From NCBI GenBank assembly GCA_020051075.1, contig JAGVJP010000088.1, positions 48,022 to 68,021 of the forward strand: DNA of 20,000 nt, read 5' to 3'. Position 1 is the stretch's first letter. Every line of letters begins with the position of its first letter. The translations under genes were made by a program, and so were the position numbers. Source of the DNA: Parachlamydiales bacterium. Its GTDB lineage: Bacteria; Chlamydiota; Chlamydiia; Chlamydiales; Parachlamydiaceae. Below are positions 18,393 to 20,000 of the stretch, piece after piece. The notes below the pieces were generated by a model. The model ran no database searches. It was given only the letters and a program-made list of their open reading frames with translations, and was not told where the DNA came from.

Positions 18393-18538
18393 AAGAACGA
18401 AACATATTTTTTCTGATCCTATCTTTTCTTTGCGCCTTTGTGCCTCTTTTGCTTCTTTGCGTTAAAAAGAGCTAAGGACCACGCCGCAGTCACAGATGTT
18501 TGCATTTTCACATCTTGCGCCTCTCGCTGTTTTTTTAT

Positions 18539-18664
18539 CCGCCAATTTCGGAGTTCATTCCGAAAATGGCAGACATTTTCGGAATTTACTACTCATTTAC
18601 TGAAAAATATTGACTATTTTCCGAAAATGGCGGACAATTTCGGAATGAACTCCGAAAATGGCGG
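18539..18664. promoter_or_regulatory. Palindromic operator-like array (six TCCGAAA/TTTCGGA half-sites) overlapping a putative promoter of the ATPase gene
   Basis: 46-bp inverted arms at 18539-18584 and 18619-18664. TTGACT (18610-18615) is followed by a 17-bp spacer and GACAAT (18633-18638). Confidence 0.65.
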
Positions 18665-18672
18665 CAGGTAAA

Positions 18673-19833
18673 ATGATTAAAAGGCTATTGAAAATCACAC
18701 AAAATCACAGTTGTTTTCTCTTTGGTCCGAGAGGAGTTGGCAAAAGCACCCTTCTTCGACATTTATTCCACGAACACAATTCTGTGACATTCAATTTACT
18801 AAAAGTTGAAATTCAAAAGCGTTTTTTTAAAAATCCTGATGAACTGAGCGAAATCGTCAGAGCACTTCCTGATCATATTAAGCATATCATCATTGATGAG
18901 ATTCAGAAAGTTCCGATGCTACTTGATGTGATTCATGATTTAATAGAAACCACCGATAAACATTTTTATATGACCGGTTCAAGTGCCAGGAAGCTTAAAG
19001 GTGGTGGGGCCAATCTGTTGGCTGGACGTGCATTTGTAAACGCATTGCATCCATTTAGCTATTTTGAAGTTGAAGATCGATTCAACTTGATGGAGGCTCT
19101 TCAGTGGGGACTATTACCAAAAATTTATGAATATCCCGATGATGAATTGAAAACTCGCTATTTGCAAACCTACGCCCACACTTATCTTAAAGAAGAAATC
19201 TGGGAAGAACATTTTGTTAAAGGGTTGGAACCCTTTCGCCGCTTTTTAGAAGTCGCAGCTCAGATGAATGGAAAAATTATTAATTATTCAAACATCTCCA
19301 AAGACGTCAGCATCGATGACAAGACAGTCAAGACCTATTATGCTATTTTAGAAGACACTTTGATAGGCTTTTATCTTGAGGGATTTGAACATTCGTTCCG
19401 GAAACGTCTCTCAACAAAACCAAAGTTTTATTTTTTCGATACGGGAATAACGAGAGCCCTCTCACGTATGTTATCCGTCCCCCTTGTGCCAAGTACAGCG
19501 GGGTATGGTGATGCATTTGAACATTTTATCATTTTAGAGTGCATCAAGCTAAGAGATGCTTATCATTCGGAGTACAAATTTAGTTATTTAAAGACTAAAG
19601 ATGATGTTGAGGTTGACCTTGTTGTAGAGCGTCCAGGCAAACTTCCGTTGTTTATTGAGATTAAAAGTGCCACACAAATTTCCCATGAATCGATATCAAG
19701 CTTCATACATCTTTCTAAAGATTTTGGTGAGTGTGAAGCAGTCTGTATTTGCGACGAATCCTATGAAAGAATGATCGAGCATGTTCGTGTTATCCCATGG
19801 CAAAGTGCATTGAGAAGATATTTTATCGAGTGA
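18673..19833 (+). CDS. AAA+ ATPase (AAA_14) with DUF4143 and a C-terminal PD-(D/E)XK-like region
   Basis: Walker A GPRGVGKS, Walker B IIIDEIQK, TGSS, LAGR, KFYFFDTG and EVDLVV...FIEIKS. The start MIKR at 18673 fits the family better than ATG 18658, which lies inside the upstream repeat. Confidence 0.9.
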   Translation: MIKRLLKITQNHSCFLFGPRGVGKSTLLRHLFHEHNSVTFNLLKVEIQKRFFKNPDELSEIVRALPDHIKHIIIDEIQKVPMLLDVIHDLIETTDKHFYMTGSSARKLKGGGANLLAGRAFVNALHPFSYFEVEDRFNLMEALQWGLLPKIYEYPDDELKTRYLQTYAHTYLKEEIWEEHFVKGLEPFRRFLEVAAQMNGKIINYSNISKDVSIDDKTVKTYYAILEDTLIGFYLEGFEHSFRKRLSTKPKFYFFDTGITRALSRMLSVPLVPSTAGYGDAFEHFIILECIKLRDAYHSEYKFSYLKTKDDVEVDLVVERPGKLPLFIEIKSATQISHESISSFIHLSKDFGECEAVCICDESYERMIEHVRVIPWQSALRRYFIE

Positions 19834-19966
19834 ACTAAGAGCAAGCCATGCTGTCGACCAAAGATGTGAACAACTCTTTTTGGCCAGAAAGCTATAAATT
19901 TTATAGTATTTGACCCTAAGCTGACATAACATAGCCCAGGCCGTCAGGCCTTACCATTACCCATTT

Positions 19967-20000
19967 TTTCAGCGCGAAGCGTTAACGCTTCGCGCTGAAA
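19967..20000. repeat. Perfect palindrome of at least 34 bp, truncated by the window edge
   Basis: TTTCAGCGCGAAGCGTT|AACGCTTCGCGCTGAAA, centred at 19983/19984 with no loop. Confidence 0.85.

Larger units (their letters stand above)
17999..18468. repeat. Outer inverted repeat (42-bp arms built from CGCAAAG-like units)
   Basis: 17999-18040 (TTTTTAACGCAAAGAAGTAAAAGAGGTGCAAAGACGCAAAGA) matches the reverse complement of 18427-18468 at 38/42 positions. Confidence 0.9.

Noticed and set aside
18438..18671. 77-aa ORF upstream of the ATPase
   Set aside because: It has a TTG start inside the outer inverted-repeat arm and runs through the palindromic array, so it is probably spurious.

Overview
This window most likely comes from an environmental chlamydia (Chlamydiota). 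That is an inference from the tandem-fused ~1940-aa UvrA and the Ser-rich, eukaryote-like TPR and ankyrin proteins. It holds eight plausible CDSs: three paralogues of a family I do not recognise (337-1482, 1701-2813, 9653-10588), a 1683-aa TPR protein with a degenerate nucleotidyltransferase-like module and a possible methyltransferase-like module, a secreted LURP-one/scramblase-like protein, an ankyrin-repeat protein, double-length uvrA, and an AAA_14/DUF4143 ATPase. The intergenic DNA is rich in palindromic elements. A 9-nt-periodic hairpin repeat occurs at four loci. A 150-bp palindromic MITE sits at 8229-8378. A three-layer nested element at 17999-18468 consists of an outer inverted repeat, an inner GGC-ended MITE with an 8-bp target-site duplication, and the hairpin repeat innermost. 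A six-half-site palindromic array overlaps the predicted ATPase promoter, and a perfect palindrome runs off the right edge. No database search was run: family assignments come from motif recognition.
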